The notes under the pieces are model-generated. The model saw only the letters and a program-made list of their open reading frames with translations. It had not been told where the DNA came from and made no database searches. A program made the translations under genes and the position numbers. A stretch of DNA of 64,000 nt from assembly GCF_009914755.1 (NCBI RefSeq), contig NC_060925.1; one strand, written 5' to 3'. Below are positions 1 to 13,369 of the stretch, in pieces. Origin of the DNA: the human T2T-CHM13v2.0 reference genome, Homo sapiens. Positions within the stretch are counted from its first letter, which is position 1, and each line of letters begins with the position of its first letter.

Positions 1-200
1 TTCCCGTAGCACTTATTTACCTTCAAATATAATGTATACTATACTTCATATGTTTATTGCTTATTGCATATCTGCCCCAAAAGAATGCAAGCCCTTTTAG
101 GGCAGAGACTTTTGTCTGTTTTATTTATGGATGCATCCCAAGGGACTAGGTATATGCATTGCATATATCAGATATCTATTAAGTATTTGTTGAATGAATA
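1..200 (+). mobile_element. L2 LINE 3' end fragment
   Basis: Matches the recalled L2 terminal pattern ...gaatgcaagccc...agggcagagactttgtctgttt...aagtatttgttgaatgaata. Confidence 0.7.
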
Positions 201-269
201 AATTTAGAAAGCAGAACTCTGCTAGCTATCATCAATTGAAATATTAGTTATGCCTTAAAAGTTGAATTT

Positions 270-395
270 ATTCATGCCTTCATTCATTCAACAAATACTG
301 AATGGCTTCTCTTTGCCAGGCACTGCAACAGACACTGGGGATATTCAAGACAGAAGACAGACAAGGCCCTGTTGACATGGAGCTTACTTACTAAT
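270..395 (-). mobile_element. L2 LINE 3' end fragment (inverted relative to 1-200)
   Basis: ttcattcattcaacaaatactgaatg...tgccaggcactg...acaaggccctg...catggagctt is the reverse complement of the L2 tail. Confidence 0.65.
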
Positions 396-462
396 TTTCT
401 GTCTCTCCTTATAGAATGTAAAAATAAAAAATATATATAATTCTTGTAATAATATGTGTTAT

Positions 463-622
463 AGCCAGACATCATAGCTCGTGCCTGTAATTGCAGCTAC
501 TCAGGAGGCTGAGGCACGAAGATCACTTGAGCCCAGGAGTTGGAGTTATGACCATACCCCTGCGCTCCAGCCTGACCGACACAGTGAGACGCCATCTCTA
601 AAAATGTAAGTAAATAAATAAA
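463..622 (+). mobile_element. Alu monomer (FAM/FRAM-like)
   Basis: gcctgtaattgcagctactcaggaggctgagg...cacttgagcccaggag...ctccagcctg...gtgagac, followed by an A-rich tail. Confidence 0.8.
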
Positions 623-2063
623 TTGTGTTACAAAAACAATAGGATAAATAGGTAAACATGCCAATTATTGGGGTAGTGAGCTAGGGAGTACCCCTTCAAC
701 TAGAATAACAACTACACTTGATCTGAGATGTCAAAACGGGATGAGGAAAAGCCAGTCATGCAGAAACCTGAGGTAAAAATACATTCCAGGTAGACAAAAA
801 GTATAAAGCTTTGGGAGGAAGATGGACGTTGGCAAGTTTAACAAACAAAGCCAGTATGATTTGAAGGTAGAGTATGAGGAGAAGATACAGTGGGATGGCA
901 TCCTGTGGCATCTGTCCATTGTAGAGGCCCTAAACCCACCCTGACATTTGTAGTAAATTAGATGCATCCTGGAATGGTACTTTTATATCACCTTCTCTCT
1001 CCTGTGCTCCCTCCTCTCGTATTCTTTTTTCTTTCAAGAATAAGAGCCAATGGCATAGACGAGCAGTATCATTGCTAAGAAATCTGAAAAGACTATTCTT
1101 TAGTCCATCTAGTACTCCTGTGCAAACAGAAAAAGTTGTGCCTTCCTGAGAACACTTTACTGCCACGTGTTAGAAAAATACGTAATAAATAAGAATATCA
1201 GCAACTCACTCATAATTGTGCAATGTCCTATATGTAGTATGTAGCAGCCCTGGTTGCAGAGATAGAGAAAAGTAGCTCTATGCAAAATATGCAAACCAAA
1301 ATGGTTCCATTTTTTCCTGTATGTCATATACCAAATGCTGCAGATGCTAAATATACATATAGATTTACATGCATTGCAAATTACTACTATTCTGCATTAG
1401 CTACAGTTGGCTACTGATTCTGATAGCATTTTCATCATGAGAAAAAGAATGAGTCTTTTTGAATATTAGTCAATGGAGAAAATACTGTGTTTACAATAAA
1501 GTGATACAGACTTAAGTGGCTGTAACCACTAATGTACCTTTATAAAAGTGGTAAAAGTCTTAAATACATCCACAAGTGTTAGAAGTAGTGATCATCAGAC
1601 AGTCTATCTGAAGAAGATATTAAGACAGTGTTTTCTTTGGAATGCATTTGCCTATATTACCTCATGTAATTCAAACATTATTTTTATTTTGTAGTTTCCT
1701 GATTAAGTTTTTAAAAATAAGTCAAAGGATATTTTGGTAAAGTAACAGATTCCAAAAAAAAGCAAAAAAAAAAAAAACCCACATTTTCAAGCTTAATCCC
1801 AAAGATGACCATTTGTTTCATCATTTAGGCTAAAGTTTTCTAATTTAGGAAAGAAAAACGTGTGTCTTTGACTTTATGAGAAATAATCTGTGATACTGTG
1901 TACATCTGTGATTTCTAGATGAATAGCATTCGAATGCCACTTCAATATGATTAAAATTAATAAGCAACTAATAAAATCCATAAAGGATAGCTTTTCCTGA
2001 AAGTGTCCAATGATGGAAGAGTGCCACCTAGTGTTCAATGTGGATTTAACATATCCTGCCCAA

Positions 2064-2105
2064 AAAGCCATTTCACAAAGCCATTTCACAAAGCCATTTC
2101 ACAAA
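2064..2105. repeat. 13-bp tandem repeat (AAAGCCATTTCAC) x3.2
   Basis: Three exact copies at 2064, 2077 and 2090. Confidence 0.95.
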
Positions 2106-2536
2106 TACCCTCAATTTTAGCCCTGTAGTTATTCATTAAACCATAGTAATTTTGCAGAGCCCTAGTCAAGTATCAAAATATGAATTATGAATTCCTGAAA
2201 AAAATGTATATCACCTATATCCACTAGAAACTGAGTTTTTGAAAAGGAAGTTAAATTTCTATAGCTACATAAAAGCAAAAGAAAGAGTTAACTCAAAAAA
2301 AAAAAAAAATTTTAAACATCGTGACCCTAAGTAGTAGGCTAGAAAGAACATGAGGTTCTAGGCTAAATAGGTTCAAATTTGGGCCCTACCGCTTTCTAGC
2401 GTATAATCTTGGGTATTTTAAAAAACTGAGGTTTCCTTATGTGAAAAGAATATACAGTAGGCATTCAATAAGTGATAGATATTAACTATTAAGAAAAAGA
2501 GATTTCCCATTCTTTTTTAAAGAATAAGTTAATAAG

Positions 2537-2620
2537 TTTCTTTTTTTAAAGAAAAGTGAGAGCAAGTTTATTAAGAAAGTAAAGGAATAAAAGAATGCCT
2601 ACTCCATAGGAAGAGCAGCC
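2537..2620 (-). mobile_element. Short ERV1 LTR 3' fragment (LTR10-like R region) ending in an A tract
   Basis: Minus strand reads ggctgctcttcctatggagtaggcattcttttattcctttactttcttAATAAActtgctctcactttt, then an A-rich run. Resembles the recalled LTR10-family R region. Confidence 0.5.
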
Positions 2621-3314
2621 TCCTTTTGTTTTTAATATATCCCCTCCAGTCATCGGGACTTTAGGAAACATTTTAATGAAAGGATAGCTTGTGCCAGGTC
2701 AACAATTTCATTTCTCTCTAATTCCTTGCATAAAAGAGGACCCAATCTGGGGTGGGGGGGTTATCCTTTGCCCAGTCAGCCCCAAATAAGTTTAAAGTTT
2801 TTAAATTTATTGATGAAATTATCAAACAGCCACTCTTATGGAATATGCGTGACATTCAGTGAATTCTCTTCCATTGCTTTCTAACATCTAATAAATTCCT
2901 TTCGCTTGCTTTCTAACATCTAACAAATTACATAACAGTATCTTAAACAATTAAAAACAATAATTTAAAAAATGCTATTAAATCATTTCAAGAATATCTT
3001 TCTCATGACATTTTTAAAAAAGGTTTAATCCACAATGTATGTCTATTTAGTGTGTGTGTGTTGTGTGTGTAACAGAACCTCTTTTTTTAAAACCCTGGAT
3101 TCATTTTATCAAGCTCCTTACAAATTTTCCAAAATTAAGTCCCTTTTTAGCCTAATCCTTTCTTTAAGGCTATAGATTTCTCATTTGTATTAGTAAGAAT
3201 GTAACTGTATAAAAGGAACAGTATCTCAAAAGCTCAGTGTATTAATTAGAATAGTTTTCTAAGCAAGCTATTACTGAGGGACTACAAGAGTGAGTAAGAA
3301 ATAAGCCCTACCTC

Positions 3315-3550
3315 CATGGTGTCTCATGCCTGTAATCCCAGCACTTTGGGAGGCCGAGGCAGATGGATTGCCTGAGGACAGGAGTTCGAGACCAGCCTGG
3401 CCAACATAGTGACACCCTGCCTCTACTAAAACTACAAAAACATAGCTGAGTGTGGTGGTGGGTGCCTGTAATCCCAGCTACTCAGGAGGCTGAGGCAGGA
3501 GAATCACTTGAACCTGGAAGGTGGAGGTTGCAGTGACCCAAGATCGTGCC
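3315..3550 (+). mobile_element. AluS element, 3' end replaced by a purine microsatellite
   Basis: Canonical left arm, linker and right arm up to gatcgtgcca. Confidence 0.9.
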
Positions 3551-3715
3551 AAGAAAGAAAGAAAGAAGAAAGAAAGGAAGGAAAGGAAGGAAAGGAAGGA
3601 AAGAAAGGAAAGAAAGGGAGAAAAGAAAGAAAGAAAGAAAGAAAGAAGGAAGGAAGGAAGGAAGGAAGGAAGGAAGGAAGGAAGGAAGGAAGGAAGGAAG
3701 GAAGGAAGGAAAGAG
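3551..3715. repeat. Compound (GAAA)n/(GGAA)16 microsatellite; 165-bp pure purine tract
   Basis: Only A and G from 3551 to 3715. Uninterrupted GGAA x16 at 3648-3711. Confidence 0.95.
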
Positions 3716-4722
3716 CCCTGCTCTCAAGGAGCTCACTCTCCTTAGTACATTACTGAGTCCCAACTCAGAGAGCCAGACAGCAGGATAGAGAGGTATTAAT
3801 AAATTCCCAATGCATGTCTTTGAAAGTAGATGGATCCATTCTCCACCAGCACTGCCTTCCCAGAAGACTACAGCCTGTGCAAAACGCAGAGGGGATCTTG
3901 AAGAAAGCAGGAGTGATGGGGCAGAGATGCCTCTACTTCTGCTTGGCCCTGGATGTTTCTCTCTTTTGTCTCCTAGATTTTGGATGTCTGTCCCTCTCCC
4001 TCTTTATTGGTCCTGGATTTCTTTCTCTCCCTCTCTCTAGCTTCACGTTGTATATCTTTCTTTCCTAGAGAAATAGAAGGATATTCAAGAAAAGAGGGAA
4101 AAAAAGAAAAATAAGGCAAACATAAAAGAGATTAAAAATAGAGAAGTGATGTGAGCACTTACTGATATGGTATTAACTAAATAAACTTTGTAATTTCTTT
4201 CCTTCGTTTGGAAATTAGAATTACTTCAATGTGGAATAGTCATATACACATACAGACATGCACATCACATGTAAATGGGATCATCACACTGAGGTAGAAG
4301 ACATGTGGGCCTTTCAGTATGTCCCAACTAGTTTCTTTAGCTATAAAATTTGGGAATAAGACTAGATCAATAGTTCAAAAACATTTTCCTGTTTCCTTTT
4401 TTCTTTCTTTTTTTTCTTTTTTCTTTTTCCCCTATTTCTTAACCTATAGTAAGAACCACAGTTTCCATTGGGACCAATACACACCCACACCCACATCCAC
4501 CCACAACCACACACACACATGCCCTACAACTGGAATAAAATTCTCAAAAACAATTCTTATTCTCAATATGTGAAATGTACTGATATTTTTATACCTTTTT
4601 TTAAAAGCTGTCTATTACTTACAATTTAGCGCCTACAATCCAGTGATACATCATAACCTCAATTTCATAATCACTGATGTTAACCAAAATCAAAGGTCTC
4701 TTTCAGATCTAAGACTTTATGA

Positions 4723-7700
4723 CTTGAATGACCAGTGGGTCAATGAAGAAATTAAAAAGAAAATTGCAAATTTTCTTGATACAAACGATAAAGGAAACAC
4801 AATATACTATTAGTTATGGAATGCTACTAGCTAGGGAATTCAGTGAAAGCAGTATTAAGAGGGAAATTTATAGCTCTAAGTGCCTACATTAAAAAAAAAG
4901 AGAGAAAAACTTCAAATAAATAGCCTAATGATGAACCTTAGAAAATTACAAAACCTGGAGCAAACTGAAACCAAAATTAGAGGAAAAGAAATAATAAGAT
5001 CATGGCAGAAATAAATGAATTTGAAATGAAAAAAAAATACAAAAGATCAATGAAACAAAAAGTTGGTTCCTTGAAAAGATAAACACAATTGATAATCCTT
5101 TAGTCAGAGTAAGAAAAATAGACAGAAGGCCCAAACAAATAAAATCAGAGATGAAAAAGGAAACATTACAAATGATACTGCAGAAATTCAAAAGATCATT
5201 GATGGCTACTATGAGCAACTATATGCCAATAAATTTAAAAATCTGTAAAAAATCAAAAACTTCCTACACACATAAAACCTACCAAGATTGAACTGGGAAG
5301 AAATCCAAAACATGAAAACACCAATAATGAGTAACAAGATCAAAGCCATAATAAAAAGTCTCTGAGTAAAGAAAAGCCCAGGACCTGATGGCTTCACTGC
5401 TGAATTCTACCAAACATATAAAGAACTAATACCAATCCTATTCAAACTATTCCAAAAAATAGAGGAAGAGGTAATATTTCCAAGCTCATTCTATGAGCTC
5501 AGTATTACCCTGATACCAAAACCAGACAACAACACATCAAAAAAAAAAGAATGAAAAAGAAAACTACAGAACAATATCTCTAATATTGATGCAGAAATCT
5601 TCAAAAATGCTAGAAAACTGAATTCAGTAACACGTTAAAAATATCATTCATCATGACCAAGTGGGATTTATCCCTGAGATGCAGGGATGGTACAACACAT
5701 GCAAATCAATCAATGTGATACATCATATCAACAGAATGTAGAACAGAAACCATACAATCATTTCCATTGATGCCGAAAAAGCATTTGATAAAATTCAACA
5801 TCCCTTCTTGTTAAAAACATCAAAAAATTGGATATAGAAGGAACATATACTTCAACATAATAAAAGCCATATATGACAGCCCCACAGCTAGTATCACAAT
5901 GAAAGGGGAAAAACTGAAAGCATTTCCTCTCAGATCTGGAACATGACAAGGTTATACACTTTCACCACTGTTATTCAACATAGGAGGTCCTAGCTATGGC
6001 AATCAGATGAGAGAAAGGGCATCCAAATTGGAAAGGAAGAAGTCAAAGAATCTTTGTTTGCAGATGATATGAGCTTACCTTTGGAAAAACCTAAAGACTC
6101 CACCAAAAGACTCTTAGAACTGATAAATCCAGTAAAGTTGCAGGATACAAAATCATACAAATATCAGTAGCATTTCTATATGCCAACAGTGAACAATCTG
6201 AAAAAAAATTTTTTAAGTTATCCTATTTACAATAGTCATGAACAAAATAAAATACATAGGAATTAACAAAAGAAGTGAAAGATTTATACAATGAAAACTT
6301 TAAAACACAGATAAAAGAAATTGAAAAAGCCACTAAAAAATTGAAAGATTCCATGTTTATGGAAAGAATCAATATTGTTAAAATGTCCATACTACCTAAA
6401 GCAATCTACAGATTCAATGCAATCACTATCAAAATATCAATGATATTCTTCAAAGAGTAGAAATAGAAAAAACAATCCTAAAATTTATAAAAGACTCAGA
6501 ATAGCCAAAACCATCCTAAGTAAAAAGATGAAAACTGAAAAAAATCACACTATCTGACTTCAAATTATACTACAGAGCTATAGTAACCAAAACAGCGTGG
6601 TACTGGCATAAAAACAGACACATAGATCAATGGAACAGAATAGAGAACCCTGAAACAAATCCATACATCTACAATGAACTCATTTTCAACAAAGTTTCCA
6701 AGAACGTATATTGGAGAAGACAGCCTCTTCAATAAATGGTACTGGAAAAACTGGGTATTTATACACAGAAGAATGGAACAAGACCCCTTTCTCTGGTCAT
6801 ATACAAAAATAAAATCAAAATGGATTTGGATTAAAGACTTAAATTTAATACCTCTAACTATGAAACTACTACAAGAAAACATTGAGGAAAATTCCCAAGG
6901 TATTGGTCTGGGCAAAAATTTCTTGACCACCACCACACAGGCACAGGCAACCAAAGCAATCATGGATAAATTGGGGCACATCAAGTTAAAAAGCTTCTGC
7001 ATAGCACAGGAAACAATCAACAAAGTCAAGAGACAACCCACAGAATAGGACAAAATATTTGCAAACTAACCATCTAACAAGACATTAATAATCAGAATAC
7101 ACAAGGAGCTCAAACAACTCTACAGGAAAAAAAATCTAATAATCTGACTAAAAATTGGGCAAAAAATCTCAATATACGTTTCTCAAAAGAAGACAACCAG
7201 TGGCAAACAGGGATATGAAAAGTTGCTCAATATCATTGATCATGAGAAAAATGCAAATCAAAACTACAATGAGGTATCACCTCACCCCATTTTAAAAAAG
7301 TTTTATCCAAAGGACAGGCAGTAACAAATGCTGGCAAGGATGTGGAGAAAAGGGAACACTCATACACTGTTGTTGGGAATGTAAATTAGTACAACCACTA
7401 TTGAGAACAGTTTAGAGCTTCTTCAAAAAACTAAAAATAGAGCTACTTTATAATCCAACAATCCCACCACCGGGTCTATACCCAAAAGAAATCAGTACAA
7501 CAAAGAGTTATCTGCACTCCCATGTTTATTGCAGCACTATTGACAACAGTCAAAATTTGGAAGCAACCTAAGTGTCCATCTAAAGAATGGAAAAGGAAAA
7601 TATGGTACATATACCAAATGAAGTACTATCCAGCCATAAAAAAATGTGATTCTGTCATTTGCAAAAACATAATGGAATTAAAGGTCATTATGTTAAGTGA

Positions 7701-8745
7701 AATAAGCCAGGCACAAAAACATTGCATGTTCTCCCTTACTTGTGAGATGTGAAAATCAAAACAATTGAACTCATGGAGATAGAGAGTAGAAGGCTGGGAA
7801 AGGTAGTAGGGGGTTGTGGAGTTGAGGATGGTTAATGGGTACAAAAAAAATTGAAAGAGTGAGTAAGACCTAGTATTCAATAGCATAACAGGGTGACTAT
7901 AGTCAATAATAATTTAATTATACATTTTAAAATAACTAGAAGAGTGTAACTTGATTGTTTGTTAACACAAAGAATAAATACTTGAGGAAATGGATACCAA
8001 ATTTTCCACAATATGTTTATTATGCATTGCATGCCTGTACCAAAATATCTGGTGTACATATTTATATATTAAAGTATTAAATATATACTTATATATTTAT
8101 AAATATTATATATAGTGGGTATATATAAATGTATACATATATATATACACACATACACACACCTAGTATACTATGGGTGTGTATATATGTTTTATATATA
8201 TATATGTGTGTGCACATATCTATTATATATAATAGATATAATATATATAATACATAATAGATATATTATATTATATAATAGATATATAATTATAAACATA
8301 ATAATATATAATGAATATAATATAAAATAAATATAATAAAATATATAATATATCTATTATGTATTATATATTATATATGTTTATATATAATATAATTATA
8401 TATGTTTATATATAATATAATTATATATTATATATTATAGATATAATATATAATATACTATATATTATAGATATAATATATAATATATTATATATTATAG
8501 ATATAATATATAATATACTATATATTATAGATATATATAATATATTGTATATTATATATAATATATTGTATATTATATATAATATATTGTATATTATATA
8601 TAATATATTGTATATTATATATAATATATTGTATATTATATATAATATATTGTATATTATATTATATATATTAAATATATATTATACACACACACACACA
8701 CATATACCTGCTATGTACCCATAAAAATTTTAATTTTGTTTAAAA
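4723..8745 (+). mobile_element. 5'-truncated L1MA-type LINE-1 (degenerate ORF2 plus 3' UTR), interrupted by an AT minisatellite
   Basis: ORF2 peptides ([42 protein letters not shown]). L1MA-type 3' UTR (acctagtattcaatagcataacagggtgactatagtcaataat) with terminal ...acctgctatgtacccataaaaatt at ~8705-8730. Confidence 0.9.
8060..8702. repeat. AT-rich compound minisatellite (25-, 30- and 21-bp units) plus (CA)n
   Basis: 30-mer x3.3 at 8431-8530. 21-mer tatattgtatattatatataa x6 (G at 8547, 8568, 8589, 8610, 8631, 8652). Confidence 0.9.
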
Positions 8746-8749
8746 AAGA

Positions 8750-9245
8750 CTGATTTCATGCCACATAAGCCTTGTATGATCTGGTCTCAGGCTACCTCTT
8801 TATCTCATCTGCCTCACCTGCCTCTGCCACCCTCTCCCTCACCTTCTCTGCTCCAGTTACACCGGCCTTCTTGCTGGTTACTAAATAAACCAAGCAGGCT
8901 CCCACCTCAGGGTCTTTGGATGTACTATTTCCTCTACCTAGACAGCTCTAGGGCTAGGATTCCCAGGGCTCTCCACATCATCACTTCATTCAGGTCTCCA
9001 CTCATATGTCAGCAATGTAAGGAGGCTTCTCTGACCAGCTAACTAAATACCAACTTCTTCACTCTCTGTCTTGTTTGATTTTTTTTCCATAACACTTATC
9101 AAAACCTCAAATTATACTACATATTTGTTTATTCTGCATCTCCCCAGAAATTTTAGCTCCATAAGGGTGGGACTTTGTCACTGATTGCTCAGAACAGTGC
9201 CTGGCACTCAAGAGAAACTTAAAAATAATTGTTGAATGAATGAAG
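8750..9245 (+). mobile_element. L2 LINE 3' fragment
   Basis: ...agctccataagggtgggactttgtc...agaacagtgcctggcac...ttgttgaatgaatgaa L2 tail. Confidence 0.75.
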
Positions 9246-12200
9246 CTAGAGCTCTCTCTCAGAATAAAAGAGTCCACTGTTTTTGACCCATAATTCTAGA
9301 TTTTTCTCTAGAGGTGAACAGCCCTTGATCAAAACTGTTTGTCCACTCCTGGTCTCTACCAAGTAACTAGCAGGGAAATTCAGTGGAAAGTTACCTTCCT
9401 TTCTTCTCAACTGTCTTTTCAGAGGATTATCTTTCTTCCTTGGATGTTTGTGCCTTTCTGCTCCCTGATGATATTGATATCTTTTCTCTGTAAATACAAT
9501 ACCTACTTCCAAGGACACTATCAATTAGTTAAGAATCTTAAATGCCTTTAAAAATAGAAAACATTCTCTAAGTGTCAGGCACTATCGTTAAAATGGCAGA
9601 TTTGCAAAGCTTTTGTCAGGTGCTAAAGTGAAAAAAGAAGGTGAAGCTGGTAGGGGGACAGAGAGCAACTGGAGTTGTTACTTTAGAAAGGTGGACAAGG
9701 AAGTCCTCTCTGATGAGGTGTCATTTGAACATACATCTGAAAAAACGTGTAGGAGCATTTCAGGCAAATGGAATAGTAAGTGCAGCTGAAGTGTATGTAA
9801 AACTGGAAAAAAAAAGATGTAAACTTTGAAAATGTATATCTCAGAAGGCTAAACCAAAAAGAATTGCTTAAAAATTATATGAATAAGAACTACCTCAAAT
9901 AATTCTGAATAGTCACCAACTCTGTGTATCTTGTGTCCTCTCAAAACTCACCCAAAGGGACATCTGGGTCAACGAACAAAAATGTTTAAAAGAAAGTGGG
10001 GTAGGGGGCAGCATCTGTGAAGCACTTAATTGTACAGGACACTAGGCTGAACCCTGAAGAATGAACCACAATGACGGAGTTTCCTACTTCATTTCCAAAT
10101 GCGTTCCAGTAACTTTAGGGAATCAATGTTGACATTAATATGCATAAGTTTAATTTTGGATTTATACATATTCACATGTTAAAGAAAACCTGAAGCTCAG
10201 TGAATGAAAAATTGCAGAGAAAAAGCAGTAAAGTCAACTAATCTTGTTTTTAATTAGCGTTCTTTCAGTCATTAGCCTCTCTTCTGTGTTCCCACATTCA
10301 GTAGGTCTCTATCTTAACACTTGGAAATAACAACAGCAGTAGTAACAGTAATAACAGCAAACATTTTTTGGATGCTTACAGTGTATAAAGCATTGGGCTA
10401 AACAGTTTATCATTTAATTATAATAATATCCCTATAAGGGAACTAGTATTATTATTATTATTATTATCCTCATTTTACAAATGAAGAAATTGAATTTCTC
10501 TAAGTTAGTATTACAATGTTACAGTGTATCATGTATTTCTCTTCTTCTCTTTTTTCTTCCTCCAAGACTGTGAGCTTTTTAAAAAAGAAATCTAGTCTTG
10601 TTCATCTTTGTATCTCATATATATAGCATGTTGCAAGAACCCAAAAGTGGGCAGAAAGATGAGTTCAAGAGCCTCTGCTCTATATCTGAATATAAATGCT
10701 TATTATGTCAAGTTTGATTCTAGAAGTGTTCTAATAATGCATGCCACAACCTAGGTGTTAAGGGTATTGGGAGACAAGATAAAATCATCAGGCCAATACT
10801 AATTTTTATGTGGAAATGCTAGAAAAAGTGATCATAATATTATAGAAGCCATTCATTCTTTGCATAAAAACTTGAACATTTTTAATTATGAAAAATATTC
10901 AGATATCTAAGATAGACAGATATTCACCTTTTAGAGATCTCAGTGCATGCAGTAAAATCCAATAAGGTACCTAAAAGGCAATATGGTTTAACATAAATGA
11001 TAAAACTGTACTTGCCACTAGATGAAGGGATTTTCAGTTTTTCCAGAGCCGAATTTCTGAGTCTAAGTGGCAAGAAACAGACTGGGTCTGAACGGTCTCA
11101 TTGTACTTTCACAGTCAAATTACTGAATAATAAAATCTCACATGACCAGCAATAAAAGTAAATGTTCCCAGCTAATCCATTTAAATTGAGTAGATATTCA
11201 GGGATCTCACACCTAATACCTGCTAAATACATATCACACATGTTTAGCTGCCCCTATCCACAAAAGTATATGACCATTATTGAAACTGGTCTCAAGACCA
11301 ATCTCTGCCATTTCCCTCCCTTTTACCAGCTTTTTCTTATTTCCATTAGGAAAATGAATCTATAAGAGAAATTTAGGAAGAGGGAATTTAATATATAAAA
11401 GTAAATTTTTCAATAGCCACAAAATTGCATAACACCATTAACCTCAAATATTTATTTTTGAAGGTTGATATTTTAATCTCTTCCATTTTCCTCAACTATC
11501 TTCTCATTAGGCAGCAATCTGGTTAATATGAAAATAACACATTTCATATGTATATTACAGTTTATAAATTACTTTCATATTAACTTATTTGATCTTCACA
11601 AAAAATGCTTTAAGGTAATCTAAACAGAAAGTATTATTTTGATTTTATGGATGAGAAAATAACTATCCAAAAAGATTACATAACACACAGCTCATAAGTG
11701 CTTAAGCCAGGACTGGAATAAAGACTGAAATTTTAGATTTCTAGCTCTACATCAGTTTGTTTGTACTTCAACAAGCTACATCTTGAAAATAAGTACACAA
11801 GAGAGGACTGGAAAATCTGTCTACAAATAATAGTTAAAAAAAGGCCAACTTAATATTCTTCACTACAGTCAGACAATAAACCTTGAATTTTAACAATTTA
11901 TAATAGATGTAAAACAATAATTACAAAGAAATATTGTAGGTAAGTATTAACAGTGCCTTTCATCTATAGAACATACAGTAATTTATATTTCTCTCAATAT
12001 TCTGAGCAAAGCAGGTGACAGTTTTATTAAAAGTTCAAATCTATTGTTAGACATATGTATGTAATGTATAGAAATACCAGTTTAGAGTTTAGAAGAAACA
12101 GGCACCATGGTATACTGCTAGCAGAGTATTCACTGGCAAAACTATTTTGGGAGTAGTCTGGCAATGTATATTGAAAGCCTAAAAATGCACATGACCTCTC

Positions 12201-12350
12201 GCACCTAGTTATTTCCTTTTTAATTTATTGTAAGGAAATAATTATGGATGTCTATAAAAATGTGTTCGCAAAAATATGTTAGTATTGTGTTAACAGAACA
12301 AATTAATAAATGGATTGGTTAAATCAGAGTAAATGAAAGAATAAAACGTA

Positions 12351-12666
12351 GAGCTGTCCCTCAGTATTTGCAGGGGATTGGTTCCAGGACTCCTACAGAT
12401 ACCAGAATCCTTAGACGCTCAAGTCCCTTACATACAATGATATAGCATTTGCATATAACCTATGCATATCCTCCAGTATATTTTAATTCATCTCTAAATT
12501 ACTTACAACACCTAATACAATGCAAATGCTATGTAAATACTTGTTATAGTGCTTTGTTTTTATTTGTATTTTTTATCATTGTATTGTTATTTTTTTTTTT
12601 CAAATATTTTCAATCCTCAATTGGTTGAATCTGGATGCAGAACCCATGGCTACCCAGGGCTGGCTG
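12351..12666. mobile_element. MER2-like TcMar-Tigger DNA transposon within an old L1M fragment
   Basis: gtccctcagtatttgcaggggattggttccagga...gcagaacccatggctacccagggctggctg. Imperfect terminal inverted repeats, TA on both flanks. Confidence 0.8.
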
Positions 12667-13369
12667 TAGTTCTTAAAACTGATCTGGAAAAATGCAAAAG
12701 ATATATTAAGTGGGATAAAACAGATTTCTAAACAATGAATATAATAGAATCATATTTTAAAGGATATGTATCTCTGTGTGTGTGTGTATATATGTATGAG
12801 TATATATGTGACCAGGATATTACACAAAAATATTAATAGCGATTGTATACAGGCAGTGTTATTATAGATAAATGTAATTTTATTACTTTTACTTTTATAT
12901 TTTCTCATTTCTAAAAATGACTAAGTAATTTTCCTATATTTCTACAACAGAATAAGTTAAATATCTTTATAAACATATATAAAACATATATAGCATATAT
13001 ATGTATCATGTAAATATTGAAACTATGGAAAACAAAGGATAAAAGTTGAATTTACATCTATCAGAGAGCTCTAGAGCCATTATGTGTGCATATGAAGATA
13101 CATTTTAAAGAGTATAGAAATATGAAGAAGGCACAGCACATAAGATGAGTCAGGAGAGAGAACAACAGCAACTTATTAAGGCAAAGTGTCCAGTATCAGA
13201 AAATAAATGTGAATTAAGCAGTACATTTTAATAGCTACAGTTTCTCACATCTAATTAACAGAAAGTTTTAAATATTGACAACTTTGGAAGTGAAGAAGTT
13301 TAGGCAGTTTTTGAAAAAAATGTGAATACAAAGTTCATTGGGAATGCTGGAGATACTTCTGGAAAGTAA

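Noticed and set aside
1-395. Inverted L2 tails as a miRNA-like hairpin
   Set aside because: Arms are too diverged; only ~15 bp (ttgttgaatgaat / attcattcaacaa) pair, and they are ~90 bp apart.
930-1700. Unique-looking stretch with a possible minus-strand acceptor (ttttctgtttgcacag) and a 78-aa ORF
   Set aside because: No match to the NME7 protein as I recall it, no paired donor identified, and no recognisable family; cannot be supported.
3482-3788. Lys/Glu/Arg-rich and Leu/Pro/Ser/Phe-rich ORFs
   Set aside because: They are translations of the stop-free GAAA/GGAA microsatellite and the adjacent Alu.
8431-8660. Regularly spaced repeats resembling a CRISPR array
   Set aside because: Head-to-tail tandem units with no unique spacers, in mammalian DNA; a minisatellite.
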